Shown here one piece after another: positions 1 to 14,129 of a stretch of DNA of 64,000 nucleotides (positions are counted from its first letter, which is position 1; each line of letters opens with the position of its first letter). The translations under genes were made by a program, and so were the position numbers. The DNA is from Macrostomum lignano (Eukaryota). Under the pieces are notes generated by a model, which saw only the letters and a program-made list of their open reading frames with translations, made no database searches and had not been told where the DNA came from. The DNA is taken from positions 62,001 to 126,000 of the forward strand of contig NIVC01000296.1 of the NCBI GenBank assembly GCA_002269645.1, read 5' to 3'.

Positions 1-447
1 CGAGTTTGACAAAGCGCTACGTGAAATGATTTCCTTATTTTCGTTTTTCTTTCTTTCGGTGTTGCCGAGGTCAGAGGTGGAGGGAGAAGTTTTGCGCAGA
101 CAAATTAAGAATTAATATTCGTGCCCCGGATCCAACTGCGCAGTAACTGGGCTCTGCTTTTTTTCAAAACTTATCCAAAGCTGCCAGTTCTTGATGCACC
201 TCGTGTTTCGCGCAAATTATCATTCTTTTTAAGTGAGGCGCTGTTTGCAGTCTGTGGATTGGGTCGCCTGGACGTGTTACGACTTATCTTGCAACTGGGT
301 CACCGCCGTCTGTAGCCAGAGGAAGTGGAATTATTTTTATAGAGAGAAATTTTGTAGTAAAAAGCAGCGGCCTGGGTTTTATTGGCATTAGCTCTGACTC
401 TTTTCTTGGCACTGCGATATTGCTGAGTCTGTTGTAGATGCTGGTCT

Positions 448-745
448 GAGAGGAGAGGAGAGGAGAGGAGAGGAGAGGAGAGGAGAGGAGAGGAGAGGAG
501 AAGAGAGGAGAGGAGAGGAGAGGAGAGGAGAGGAGAGGAGAGGAGATGAGAGGAGAGGTGAGGAGAGGTGAGAGAGAGGAGAGGAGAGGAGAGGAGAGGA
601 GAGGAGAGGAGAGGAGAGGAGAGGAGAGGAGGAGAGGTGAGGAGAGGTGAGGGAGAGGAGAGGAGAGGAGAGGAGAGGAGAGGAGAGGTGAGGAGAGGTG
701 AGGAGAGGAGAGGAGAGGAGAGGAGAGGAGAGGTGAGGAGAGGAG
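448..745 (+). repeat. (GAGAG)n microsatellite
   Basis: Pentanucleotide run visible directly. Confidence 0.95.
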
Positions 746-1303
746 ACCAGAGAAAGTAGGGAAAAGTTATTGAGAGAATGAATAAGACTGAATAGACTGG
801 ATATGACAGATAGAATGGACTGTTGCTACCCAATGTCAGACTCGACCAAGCAAAATTGTCAGCCATCATGAGATCATGAGCATGTTAAACAAAGGACCCG
901 TTTTTCGGCTCTCCGGCTTCCAAACTAGCTAGCAATATCCCACCGGGATCAAGACAGAAAAGTGCTAACTGTATTAGCTAATCAACTGATTTCCCTGGAG
1001 TCACGCATCCCATCAGTGCGCCTGATCTTTTTTGTCGCTTAAAATCCCCATCGTTAAAGCCTCAGAGATCTCCAGATAGCGGTTCATAAGACAGATGGAG
1101 CCTCTGGATGCAGGGGTTCCTTGCACTCGGAGCAACTGGCCAAGCTTCCTTAAAGCACCTGTCAGTCAAAGGTCGCTTAGGGACTAACTTGCCTTCTTGG
1201 AAGCTCCTGGATAATTTTGTCCGCCCCATTCTGAACCGAAATAGTTGTCCCCAGTTTGGGAAATCGGTGATGACAGCCGGGACTCTCGAGATTTGGGCTA
1301 GAG

Positions 1304-1814
<511 letters not shown>

Positions 1815-2580
1815 TGAGTGGTGAAGGCCAGTGCTTCCAACTGGGATAAGCTTTTATCTCTCTGACATTTCCTAGCAATGTATTGCGCAACAGTGCACAC
1901 TGCAATGTAAATATTTTCTCTTCGGGCCAGATTTTATACGACGAGAAAAAGATGGCTGGATGCCAAACGCACAAATGCATGGCAACTGGAACGGGACGGA
2001 AACTTCTACAACTATAAAACCCCTTTTATCTCTGATGCATTTCTGGATAATGCAGAATTCTGCCTATGTTGCCATGGGAGACAAGGATTTATCACCCTCT
2101 CGAGGCTCCAGGGCAGCTATGCCGCAAGAGACCCAGCCTGACAGGAATTTCATGCTCGCTAGTTGAATGCCCAGACTAGAATTATAAAGCTGTCGATCAA
2201 TTTAAAATTGCATTGAAATCTTGAAGGTGACAAGTAACCCAGAACTGCTGCATGTTAGCGGCGGTATTCCAGAGTTGTTAATTCTATTATTCACTGAGGC
2301 TCATAAATCACTCTGATCTGTGCATGCATGAGTCATGCAGCTCAACTGGGCATGGCAAATCCCAAATTTCACTTTGAAAAGGGGAAAAAGCTGCCCTCAA
2401 GGCATTCTCAACCTAGTCTAGACTTGTACTCTAAACAGACACCAAGACAGAAATTAGGACAGATTGGACAGACACTAGGACAGACACTAGGACAGACACT
2501 AGGACAGACACTAGGACAGACACTAGGACAGACACTAGGACAGACACTAGGACAGACAGGCCTCTCAATCAACCCCGCAG

Positions 2581-5500
2581 GTGACGAGGCCGGCCAGTGC
2601 CGAGCGCACGGCAATTTGGGCGCGGCGCGCCTCCTTCAGGGCGACCGGTCGGCGGCGATGCGCCACGAGCGGCAGCGGCTCCGTCTGGCCGCTGGTCTCG
2701 GCCTGGACGAAACGGTGGCGAAGGCGCTTTCGAGCCTCGGCCACCTGTACGCCGCGGCCGGCGACCCGGCTGGCGCGCTGGCCAGCCACCGTCGATGTGC
2801 CGATATTTGGCGCGGCGCTGGGCGGCCGTTGGCGCAGGCGGCGGAGCTCGGCAGCATCGGCTGCCTACACCGGCAGCTCGGCAGGCCGGCCGAGGCGGCC
2901 AGCTGGCACCGGGAGCAGCTGCGGCTGGCCGAGGCTGCCGGCAGCGCCGGGGAGCGGGCGCGGGCGCTGATCAACCTGGGTGAGGACGCGATGGCGGCCG
3001 GCCAGCCGGACGAAGCGGCCGAGCATCTGGCCGAGGCTCTTGCCGCTGCCGAGGCTGCTGATGGAAGGTGAATGTCAGCGGCGGGTGGATGATCTTAGGG
3101 GCGGATTTAGGATTTTATTAGGGGCGGATTTAGGATCTTAGGGGGCGGATTTAGGATCTTAGGGGCGGATTTAGGATATTATTAGGGGCGGATTTAGGAT
3201 CTTAGGGGCGGATTTAGGATCTTGGGGGGGCGGATTTAGGGTCTTAAGGGGCGGATGTAGGATCTTAGGGGGCGGAAAATTGTAATTGAATCTTTTAACT
3301 TCTCTCGCATTCGAAAATTCTACCAGCTCGGGGTCCCAGCAACCGGACAGCAAGGATCTCGAAGGCGCTGAGAACTCGGTCGACGCAGCCTTGCTTGTCG
3401 GTCGTGCCTGCGGCGCACTTGGCGAGTGCCGCCGTCTGGCCGGCCGGCTGTCCGAGGCGCGCGCGCTGCATGAGCACCAGTTGAGTTGCGCCCTGCGCGC
3501 TGTCAGTCGCGAACTGGAGACGGCCGCCTGCGGCGCCCTCGGCTGCATCTACGCTGAGCTGGGCGACCCCGAGTCGGCCCTGAAGCTGCACAAATCCCAG
3601 CTTAGGCTGGCCAGTCAGCAAAGGGACAAGCCGGCCATGGCCAAGGCGCTGGGTGGCATAGGTATGTCCAAGTTCTTATGGATTTTCCATGGGTTTTTCA
3701 TGGCATTTCCATGGATTTACCGTGGGAGTTCCTTCGTTTCCCATATATTTTCTGCTGGAAATCAGGATCTCTAAGGATTTTCAATAAAACTTCAGTGGTA
3801 TTTGATATAAGTATCTATTTATCTACATTTTTGCATACTCGGTATCAATTTTTGCATACTAGGTGTTGGCCTTAGTAAGCGGGATTCTTGGCTGGATTGA
3901 AGTTGAACCTCAAAGTTAATGCCACAGCAAGCAATTGTCAACTTGGACAAGGAATATTGATGCAAACGCCATTTGCCCGTCAATTTGCAAAGCTCCCACA
4001 GTAAAAGCATTTCATTAGTCAGTTGAAAAAAACTGAAAATGCGAACAAATTCTGACTATCAATCCCACTGCTGGTCTTACTCGTAGTGATAATTCCTCCG
4101 AAAAGCAAATGCTATCCGTCTTGCAAGCAATTTCGTTATGGATGAAGATGACATAACATGATGAATGGCGGCAGTGCTGCATTCTTTCTGAAAAGCATTT
4201 ACGTAACAGATGAAAAAGTGCTACTAATCCAAGGCGGTTTTCAAACTTTCTAAATATTTTTAAAGATCTCTGGTTAAAAAAGCTTTGAATTAAACTCTAC
4301 TGACCTCACCCCATGGCCATAAACCCCCCCCCCCGCGAATGAAACCCTACCCATTCACCCACCTCCCTCCCTGGCCATAAACCCCCCCCGAATGAAACCC
4401 TACCCATTCACCCACCTCCCTCCCTGGCCATAAACCCCCCCCCCGAATGAAACCCTACCCATTCACCCACCTCCCTCCCTGGCCATAAACCCCCCACCCC
4501 CGGATGAAACCCTACCCATTCACCCACCTCCCTACCTGGCCATAAACCCCCCGCGAATGAAACCCCAAACACTTACCCACCTCACTCCCTGGCCAAAAGC
4601 CCCCGCGATCCTACCCACTCACCCACCTCACTCCCTGGCCATAAACCCCCGCGAATGAAATCCTACCCACACCCACCTTACTCCCTGGCCGTAAACCCCC
4701 TTTCGAAACAAACACTAAAACCCTACCCACTCACCCACCTCAGTCCCTGGCCATAAGGCCCCGCGAATGAAACCCTAACCACTCACTCACCTCACTGCCA
4801 GGCCATAAACCCCCGCAAATGAATAAGGCTACCTGAACGCACCCATAGCATGATCGTAAATTATAAAATTTAATTTAAAAAATCAAGCAAAAATTAAGTT
4901 CAGATAAGTCGCTTCCAAAAAAAAACGATAACCCGAATCCCAAGTTCACAATTCCGCGTAAACCAGTGCTGGCAAACCAGTCCCAAAATTGCACTTAGCG
5001 CCTCAATTCATTGCTATAAATAATAATTGGTCGCGAAAAGTCACGAAAGCAGACGCAAACGTGATAGCAAATGCGAAGCAGTCTTGTCACACACTGTGAC
5101 AACAGAACAGCTGGATTTTGCACTCGATTGCGGTTAAACAAATGGCTGTTCGAAAATAACTCACTGCTCCCTCACGCCCCAGTTGAAGTCGCTCTCGAGC
5201 CACTAAAATCGCTAGAAAAACTTTTTTCCGACCGTTTTTTCCTTTATTTTTTCCTCTTTCCCACTGCGGCCTGCGACTGATGCAGCCGGACGAGATGCAA
5301 AAATCCAAGTTGAAACTTTTTCAACTGATTTTTTAGTTCACAAAAAAGCTTTCCGCATTCTTGGCCGTCTGGGTCTGAGTGGAGACAGGCTGGAACGTAA
5401 CCATTTTTTTTCACGCAAATTTAGCCAGCCCCGACCGATTGCCAACTGCGACTGCCAATTTCGAATAATGGCAATGGTTGTTCAATTGAAAATATACTTT

Positions 5501-8500
5501 GCTAAGATAGTATTACATGTGCTACTCTTCTACTGTAAGTAGCTAATGTAGAAAGCTATTGCAAAAGCAAATTCTTCGAAAGAATTCGGGGGCGCCGAAT
5601 CTAGCATCAGGGAGGGGGGCGCCGAATCTACTCGTAGCATCAGAGGGGCGCCGAATCTTGCATCAGAGGGGCGCCGAATCTTGCATCAGAGGGGCGCCGA
5701 ATCTTGCATCAGAGGGGCGCCGAATCTTGCATCAGAGGGGCGCCGAATCTTGCATCAGAGGGGCGCCGAATCTACTCGTAGCATCAGAGGGGCTCCGAAT
5801 CTAGCATCAATAAGCGCCATGTCTAGCATCAATGGGCGCCGAACTGAGCGTCAAGGACTCATAGGGTACGCTAAAATACGAATTAAGATATACCACAATA
5901 AAGCTAATTCCGTAATGAATGAAATTTAGAATGACCGATATGTATCGAAAACAATAATAGAGAGCCTACAATGGATGCACACGCCGCAATCTATTTATGC
6001 AGGCCAGTGCCAGCAGCGAATGCGGCGGTACCCATCGGCGCTGCAGTACCACACCGAGCAGCTGGAGCTGCTTCAGGCTCTGGACGATGCGCCGGGCGAG
6101 TGCGCCTGCCACGGTCGGCTCGCCGCCTGCCAGCGCGGCCTCGGGCACCCCGACTTGGCGCGGCAGCACGCCGGACAGCAGCTGCGGTTGGCCAGGCAGC
6201 TGGGCGATCGGCGGGCCGAGTGCCGCGCCCTGGAGACGATCGGCTGCCTGGAAGAGGCGGCCGGCCGATTCGGACTGGCAGAGGCCGCGTTCGCCGACAT
6301 GCTGACGGCCGCGCTGTCGCTGCCCTCGGCGACGTGCTCGGAGGCCAGGCGAGCTCAGCAGCGGCTCGGCTCGACCGCCTCGGCAATGGGGCGACACGCC
6401 GAGGCGGAGCAGCGCTACCGGACCGCGCTGGAGGCGGCCGAGGCGGCCGGAGACGAGATTGGAGTAGCTCGGGCCCGCAGCAGCCTGGGACAGGTGCGCG
6501 CACTTCTAGGGTGCACTTTAAATGCACTTATAGGGAGACTTACACTCAATGTACTTTAGCTTTTAATAGGACGGGGTGTACCTACCGGTTGATTAATAGT
6601 AGGCTTAGAGTGCGTACTTTTAGGCATACTTGATTAAAGTAACACTAAAGAACACCCAACAAACTATTGGAGACTAAAAGACAACTAGAGTGCAAAAGCA
6701 GGTAGAAAAACAACATACGCTCGTAATTTCAAGTTTCATTATTTTTTTATTTTTCAGACCTGTCAGCAACTCGGCCGCCTGGCAGAGGCCGAGTCCCACC
6801 TTCAAGCCGCTCTCCGACTCGTTGGCAGCGGCTCTGACGACTCAATCGACCCTCAATCGGCTGCCGCTGATGTCGCCGAACAAGACGAATTCCCAGACGG
6901 TGACGCTCGCGCCTGCTGTCGATTCCGCGCTATGGGTCGCCTCGCCGAGCTGGCGGCGGCGAAGCGTCAATCCAATGAGGAGCTCACGGCGCGTCGGCGC
7001 CAACTAGCGGCCGCCGGCGCCAATCAGCGGCGCCTGGCATCGGCGCACGCCGGGCTTGGCGAGGCGCACCGACGACGTGGCGAGCTGCTGGAGGCACTGC
7101 GCCATCACTGCTCCGAGCTGGCCGCGGCGAGGCAACTCGGCGAGGCCGGCCGACGGCGGAGGCGCTCGGCCGCCTGGGCGAAGTCAACCGGTTGCTAGGC
7201 AACGCCAGTTCGGCCGAGCGCTGCTTCACTGAGGCGCTCGAGACGGCGGCTAAAGCGGTTGCTTCCGGTTGCTGTCGACCGGAAGTCGAAGCCCGAGCCT
7301 GCGCACACCTGGCGGAAGCTCGCTCTGATGCTGGTGATCTGCGCGAAGCCGAGGTGCTGTGCGAGCGCCGGTTGCGGCTGCTAAAAAGCGCCGACTCCGC
7401 TGAGGCCACCGCCGGCCGCCGCGAGGTCCTGGCCCGGCTGGCCAACTTCCGGCGTCGGCTCGGCCAACCGGAAGCGGCCGCCGACTGCTGCGAGCGTTGG
7501 GCAGCGGCCGCGGCTGACAGCCCGGAGGCTCTGCAGGAGGCCTGCACCTGTCTGGCCGAATGCCAGGAGGCCGCCGGCCGGCCGGAGCTGGCGCTGCTGG
7601 CGCACGAACGGCGCCTGCTGGCGGCGCACGAGGCCCGCCGGCCAGACTGGGCCGCCGGCGCCTACGCCGGGATGGCGCGGCTGCATGTCAGCGCCGGCGC
7701 CTGGCAGCGCGCGGAGGCCTGCCAGACAGCGCGTCTGCGCTCCGCGGTGGCGGCCGGCTGGCGCGCCGGCGAAGCGGACGCTGCGGCCGCGCTTGGCGCG
7801 CTCTGCTTGGCGGCTGGCCGGGACCCGACCGAGGCTGTCAACTGGCACCGGGCGGAGCTGCTGGCAGCTGAAGCTGCCGCGGAAGAAGCGAAGAGTCGTG
7901 ATGTTGAAAGCAGCAAGCTTGAAGTTGCGACTGGGACTGAAAACGGAACCGGAAATGCAACCGGAAATGCAGCCGGAAGTGAAAGTGGAACCGAAACTAC
8001 AACCGGAAACGGAACCAGAAGCGGAGCAGAAGGAGCGCAAGACAATACCGTAGCAGCAGCAGCGGTCGGCCGGGCCCACCTGAACCTGGCTCACGCCCTG
8101 GAACTGGCCGGAGATTCCGCCACCGCCGTCATGCAGCACCTGGAGCTAGCGGCAGCAGCCGCCAGTTCCAATTCGGCGATTCGACTCCGCGCCCTGACGA
8201 GCGTCGGCCGGGTGCTGCGGGGCCTCGGCGAGGCGGCTGACGCGGCGTCTCGGCTGCAGTGCGCCCTGGAAGCTCAACGGGGAGCGGCGGAGCCCGAGGC
8301 GGAAGCCGGGGCCAGATTCGAACTCGGGCTGTCGCTGAGGATTCTGGGCGAATCGGCTGCGGCTGTTGAAGAGCTTCGACAGTCGGATCGGCTACTGACC
8401 GAGCTTCTGGCACGACGGCTGACCAACTCGGCGGATGCCGAAGCTGAATCTCGTCAACTGGCTGCGTTGTTGACCTGCCTTGAATCGCTGGAGCATCTGT

Positions 8501-10193
8501 TGATGGACGCGAATGCCGCCGAGGCCCTGCAACTCGCCGAACGACGTCGCGAGCTTGAATCTGACAAGGTGTATGTATCGGCGTCGGCACTTGGCGACAG
8601 CGACTTCTGGTCGAAGTGTCCTCCAGCGCGTCCGATGGAGACTGGCGGATTTTGTACTTTTCCGTGGCTGAAGGCCGCCTGCACGGCTGGCTTCTTTGCG
8701 GACCGCCTGGCTGCGTGGAAAAGTCTGCGGCCTGCTTGCTGGACTGTTGCTATGGAAACCAAACAGCCTGGCAGGGCCTGCTGGAGCAGCTGGCGCCGGA
8801 ATCGAAGCCCGACTGGCGAACTGCGCTGGTGGCGGAGCCGCAACTTCTCGCCGAGCTGGCGGAGCTCCGACCGACTGGAGGATTCGCCATGGCGACGAGT
8901 CTGGCGAGCCTCGGCCGCTGTCGGGCAGCTTCGCAGGCGGAGGACCAGCAGGAGGATGACGAGTTGCCATTGGAAACGGTAGCTGACGGTTGCCAGGCAA
9001 CGGAGCGGGCGAGCTGGAACCGGCTGTGCGAGCAGCTCGGCGGGCTGCCAGCCTCGATGGCGGACGGGCCGCCGCGCGGCGGAGCTTCTGCACCTGGCGC
9101 TGCCAGCCTGCGCGACCGACAGCGAGGAGGAGGACGGGGAGCTGCTGGCAACTGGCGAAGCCTGGCGACGGCTCGGAGGCTGTCACTGCCGACTGGCGGT
9201 TGTCACCCACTGTTGCCATAGCAACAATCTCCGTCGACACTCTCGCCGCCTACTGGAGCGATGCCGGAGTCTGCTGGCTGGTGAGGCGCCTCCAACGGTG
9301 CTGCTTCTGCTGCAGCCGGATGCCAGCCGCCTGGAGGCCGCAGCGGCGCGCCTGCTGGAGTCGCTGATTCGAGAAGAGCCAGCTGGCCGGGCCGCCTCAA
9401 GCGTTGCCTCTTTCAGCGACTGTCGAGTCCTGTTGCTAGGGAGCCCGGAGTCGGCGCTGAGACCGCGCGCCGGCCGGATCGCCGAGGCTTTCGCCGCCGG
9501 CCTGCAATTGGCGAACTCGACAGCGGACCCCGCCGACTGTCGCCGCTTGCTGCGCCAGCTGCTGAACCTGCTGGATGCCGTCGGCGCCGTCCCCGCTGCA
9601 CCGATGTTGAGCAGCTTGACGCCCTGGCGCTCGCTGCTACGCGCGCTGCGATTTCATTTTGCCGAGGACGACGACAACAGCGCTGACGTCGGCAGAGCGT
9701 CGGGAAGAAATCCGCGGAGAGCCGGCTGCCGCGCCCGCCGAGCGCCGACCTGGCGGGTCACGTGACGCGGATAGCCGAGGCGGTCCGCGCGCTGCTCCGC
9801 CTGCCCGACCGCTGCCTGGCCGCCCTCTGCCGCCTGCTGGCCGCTCCGCCACCGCTGCTCGCCCAGCTGGCCGGCCACTTGGACGAAGCCGTCGCCTCGG
9901 CCGAGGTGGCCGCCCGCCTGCCGGCGAGTCTGTGGCGACTGCCCGGCTGTCAGCAGCTGCTGTCCGGGCTGGGCTTCGACCTGGCCGAGGTTGACGAAAA
10001 CATTCTGCTGCTCAGAGCGGCCGCGACCACGCCGGAAGCTCGGCAACTGCTGTGCAGCGCCGCTGTTGCACTCCTGGCCGCGGTGCCGCCGATTCCGGCT
10101 TCGTCGACGAAGTTGCCGTCGCCGACGCCGCCGCCGCCACCACCTCGCCGATCCGGCAAAGCCTGGTACGAGGATCTCGAAAACGACGATTAG
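2581..10193 (+). CDS. TTC28: Tetratricopeptide repeat protein 28-like (multi-exon; 5' end not located; several apparent frameshifts)
   Basis: TPR-rich exons at 2581-3067, ~3340-3661, 6003-6493 and 6758-10193, mostly with clear GT/AG sites (exon 2 acceptor unresolved). C-terminal LWRLPGCQQLLSGLGFDL matches the TTC28 motif LWRLPGCHEFLAALGFDL. Confidence 0.8.
3085..3275 (+). repeat. ~20-bp minisatellite in a TTC28 intron
   Basis: TTAGGGGCGGATTTAGGATC units. Confidence 0.9.
4312..4815 (+). repeat. ~55-bp minisatellite in a TTC28 intron
   Basis: GGCCATAAACCCC...GAATGAAACCCTACCCATTCACCCACCTC units. Confidence 0.9.
5586..5810 (+). repeat. 22-bp minisatellite in a TTC28 intron
   Basis: GCATCAGAGGGGCGCCGAATCT units. 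Confidence 0.9.
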
Positions 10194-10751
10194 GAAGAGA
10201 CAGAATGACGAGAACAGTCCATGCAATGTTCGCTGGTCAAATTGTTTGTGTTTGTGTTTTGTATTCTGTGATGCAGTGTGTCTGCTTGAAATTGTCATGC
10301 TAATCATGAATTTGCACTGTAATATACACACGCATACTTATATAGAGATTTGCACTTGAAAACATAGTAAATAAAGTCAAGACAAATGACGGAGCCGGTA
10401 TATTATTTGACCGAAAACAATTGTTGGTTGCAGGCCATCTCTGGTATGTTCTTTTGGTTCGATTTCATTTTTAAATCGAAATAAGCAGGCAGAAAGTTGC
10501 AGATTTTCCAGAGAGCAGAACAGGACGCATTTGTTTCAACTGAAGTTTTTTTTGGCAACAGCGGCGCAGAAAACAGAAATTTTTTCTTTTTTTAAAAAAC
10601 AACTTGCGCATAAACTGCTTTCAGAGTCTGACTGGATTGGCAGTCCTTGACTGACCGTTGGCTCGTGCCTATTTTTGAGCTGTCTCTGAAATGCAAGTTT
10701 TGAAAATAGTGGCTTTATTATTGTTGAAAATTCTACTGCTCAGTGTGACTC

Positions 10752-11112
10752 GGGTATTGAGAATCTGGTATTAGGAATCGGGTATTGGGTATCGGGAATC
10801 GGGTATTGGGTATTGGAAATCGGGTATTGGCTATTGGAAATCGGGTATTGGATATTGGAAATCGGGTACTAGGAATCGGGTATTGGCTATTGGAAATCGG
10901 GTACTAGGAATCGGGTATTGGGTATTGGGAATCGGGTATTGGGAATCTGGTATTGGGAATTGGGAATCTGGTATTGGGAATTGGGAATCGGGTATTGGGA
11001 ATTGGGAATCGGATATTGGGAATTGGGAATCGGATATTGGGAATTGGAAATCGGGTATTGGGTATTGGGAATTAGATATTGGGTATTGGGAATCGGGTAT
11101 TGGGTATTGGGA
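10752..11112 (+). repeat. GGGTATTGGGAATC-type minisatellite
   Basis: 7/14/21-bp units visible directly. Confidence 0.9.
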
Positions 11113-11197
11113 ATCAAATATTGCGTAACATTTATCAAGAATCACAATTTACTGCAATCTACTGCAATCTATTGCGATCAACTGCAGTATGCTGAAA

Positions 11198-13683
11198 TTA
11201 CTCACTAGCGTAGGCCTTGGCAACGTACTCCCGCATGCTAGCAACCACAGAATCTGGGATGAGCATTTCAAAGCTCTCCTTAGGCAGCTTGGCCAGTTTG
11301 ACATCGGACAGCGCCGAGCAGGTGGCCGCTCGACCCTCGTCAAGCACGAGCGCCCGCTCGCCAAAGAACTCATTGGCGCCCATTGTGCGCACCTGCTTGC
11401 CGCCGACCAAGACGCTGACGCTGCCGTCCAAGATAAAGTACATCGCGTCGCCCGGCTCGCCCTGACGACAGATGACGTCACCTTTGTGCATGGTGAGTAC
11501 TTCTATCGCGTCAATCAGACTATTCACGTGACTGTCCGTGAGGTTGTTGCTGAACAATGGGATCTGCCGGATGACTCGCTCAAAGCATTCCGCATTGCGA
11601 ACCGCTTGATTCTTTTTCAACCAAACGTAGCGAGTTGCGTTCAGCACCCACAGCTCACCGTCTGTCAGGGCCGTGATGCTGGCAGCGCGAGGGCGTGATT
11701 GACGAGAGCCAGGTCACCTGGCGGCGGGGTTTTGATAGTAGTATCTGTTAGCTATCAGTAGTATCTGTTAGCTATCAGTAGTATCTGTTAGCTATCAGTA
11801 GTATCTGTTAGCTATCAGTAGTATCTGTTAGCTATCAGTAGTATCTGTTAGTTATCAGTAGTATCTGTTAGCTATCAGTAGTATCTGTTAGTTATCAGTA
11901 GTATCTGTTAGCTATCAGTAGTATCTGTTAGTTATCAGTAGTATCTGTTAGTTATCAGTAGTATCTGTTAGTTATCAGTAGTATCTGTTAGTTATCAGTA
12001 GTATCTGTTAGTTATCAGTAGTATCTGTTAGCTATCAGTAGTATCTGTTAGTTATCAGTAGTATCTGTTAGTTATCAGTAGTATCTGTTAGTTATCAGTA
12101 GTATCTGTTAGTTATCAGTAGTATCTGTTAGTTATCAGTAGTATCTGTTAGTTATCAGTAGTATCTGTTAGTTATCAGTAGTATCTGTTAGTTATCAGTA
12201 GTATCTGTTAGTTATCAGTAGTATCTGTTAGTTATCAGTAGTATCTGTTAGTTATCAGTAGTATCTGTTAGCTATCAGTAGTATCTGTTAGTTATCAGTA
12301 GTATCTGTTAGTTATCAGTAGTATCTGTTAGTTATCAGTAGTATCTGTTAGTTATCAGTAGTATCTGTTAGTTATCAGTAGTATCTGTTAGTTATCAGTA
12401 GTATCTGTTAGTTATCAGTAGTATCTGTTAGTTATCAGTAGTATCTGTTAGCTATCAGTAGTATCTGTTAGCTATCAGTAGTATCTGTTAGCTATCAGTA
12501 GTATCTGTTAGCTATCAGTAGTATCTGTTAGTTATCAGTAGTATCTGTTAGTTATCAGTAGTATCTGTTAGTTATCAGTAGTATCTGTTAGTTATCAGTA
12601 GTATCTGTTAGTTATCAGTAGTATCTGTTAGCTATCAGTAGTATCTGTTAGCTATCAGTAGTATCTGTTAGTTATCAGTAGTATCTGTTAGTTATCAGTA
12701 GTATCTGTTAGTTATCAGTAGTATCTGTTAGTTATCAGTAGTATCTGTTAGCTATCAGTAGTATCTGTTAGCTATCAGTAGTATCTGTTAGTTATCAGTA
12801 GTATCTGTTAGTTATCAGCAGTATCTGTTAGCTATCAGTAAAAACTAGTAGAAACTTATTTGTGAAACTAGTAGTATCATTCAGTAGTATTATAGCAATA
12901 TTAGCTCGTATTAATATTATAATCTATTTTAACAAAAACAGTAGAATTCAGTTCACCGAAGTAACCGGAGCCTTCGTAAGTTCGAATCCTGGTGCTCTTG
13001 CCTCCCTTCATCACCGTGCAGTCGTACTTGCCGCTTCGAATGACGAAGAAGGCGTCGCCCACGTCGCCCTGTTTGATCACCACCTCGCCTTTGGTCACTT
13101 TGCGCCGGTACATGTAGCCAATGACGCGACTGTAAGTGAGGAGATTGTGCTTGGGTCAATGAATGTCAGTAAATGTGCAATGGCGCCTAGAAATTTTGTC
13201 ACTGTTGCTTGAATAGAAGTGACGGTTCCAGCTGGCAGGCCACATCATCCGAGCGTCCTGTGACGCGGCTTTTGTTTTACGACCTAACTGACAGAGTATT
13301 CTGGCGTGTTACCTCAGCTCCTTGTCCTCGTATCCTTGAAACAGCACCAGCGAATTGATCTGCTTGATAATTTCGGCGATCTCCTTGCTAGTTTTGTTGC
13401 AGTCCTTTTAGTGTCGATGAAATCGCTCTCGACATCTCGTCCAGGTTGCAAGCCTGGATCATGCCGCTCCTCGGGCTCACCACGTTGTCGTTGCTCACTT
13501 CGTCGTCGTCCTCCAGAATGGCATACTGCTGCCGCGAAAAACATCCGTGGAGAAGTGGCTGCTGCCTCGGCTACGGGAGTCTCTGCTGCCCTTTTCGCTG
13601 GCGTGCTGATTAGTGAGAGGCGCTGCCCGTTCAGAGAGGCCTTCTTGCTGCTCATCAGTCAATTCCTCTTGCTCGGTCGGCAT
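11198..13683 (-). CDS. cAMP-dependent protein kinase regulatory subunit-like, divergent, two cNMP-binding domains
   Basis: Exons ~13683-13313, 13129-12957 and 11717-11198; the two introns have consistent phases. Motifs [21 protein letters not shown]...PRAAS and FFGERAL...RAAT. One probable homopolymer frameshift near 13410. Confidence 0.85.
11736..12840 (+). repeat. 20-bp minisatellite filling a PKA-R intron
   Basis: TAGTATCTGTTAGYTATCAG units, highly homogeneous, about 55 copies. Confidence 0.97.
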
Positions 13684-14129
13684 GGCCCTACGCTTTTGGA
13701 CGCGGCCAGTGAACTAATTTGTAATAATAAAGACAGACTCGACACACAGCAAGCAGATCCGGGGGGCGGGGATGAAATCTTGCTTGCTTGTTATTGCACT
13801 AATACGGAATCAGACGGAGGGCGAGAGAGATCAAGTGTCTTGCAAATAGTCTATGGCAATTTGGGCTTGCAGCGAAGCTATAAGGCTATAAAGCGCTGAC
13901 AACGGCGTTTGTTTGCTAGCGCATGTTTATAGCAATGTTGTGGCACTGTATGTGAGCGGAAAGATCAAAGGACTGCTTCCAGACGGTCAATCATCAAAGT
14001 TTAATAACCGAAGTTAGTCTAGTTGAGGCTAACGTACGTACAGGTGAAGTACGGCGATTATTTGCTGCTTTTAGTGCTGATATCCATCGGTCAGAGCCCC
14101 ACCACCACTTCACAATGAGTAGGAGCTCA

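Noticed and set aside
3085-3275. TTAGGG-containing repeat as telomeric sequence
   Set aside because: TTAGGG occurs only as part of a 20-bp intronic unit, not as pure telomeric hexamer runs.
2565-10331. Many overlapping Arg/Ala/Pro-rich ORFs on both strands in TTC28 (and similarly in WBP11 and the HECT gene)
   Set aside because: Shadow frames of GC-rich exons; only the TPR frame has family motifs.
11736-12840. Highly regular 20-bp array (and the 34-bp array at 14130-14636) as a possible CRISPR array
   Set aside because: Head-to-tail tandem units with no unique spacers, no cas genes, and a eukaryotic intronic or intergenic context.
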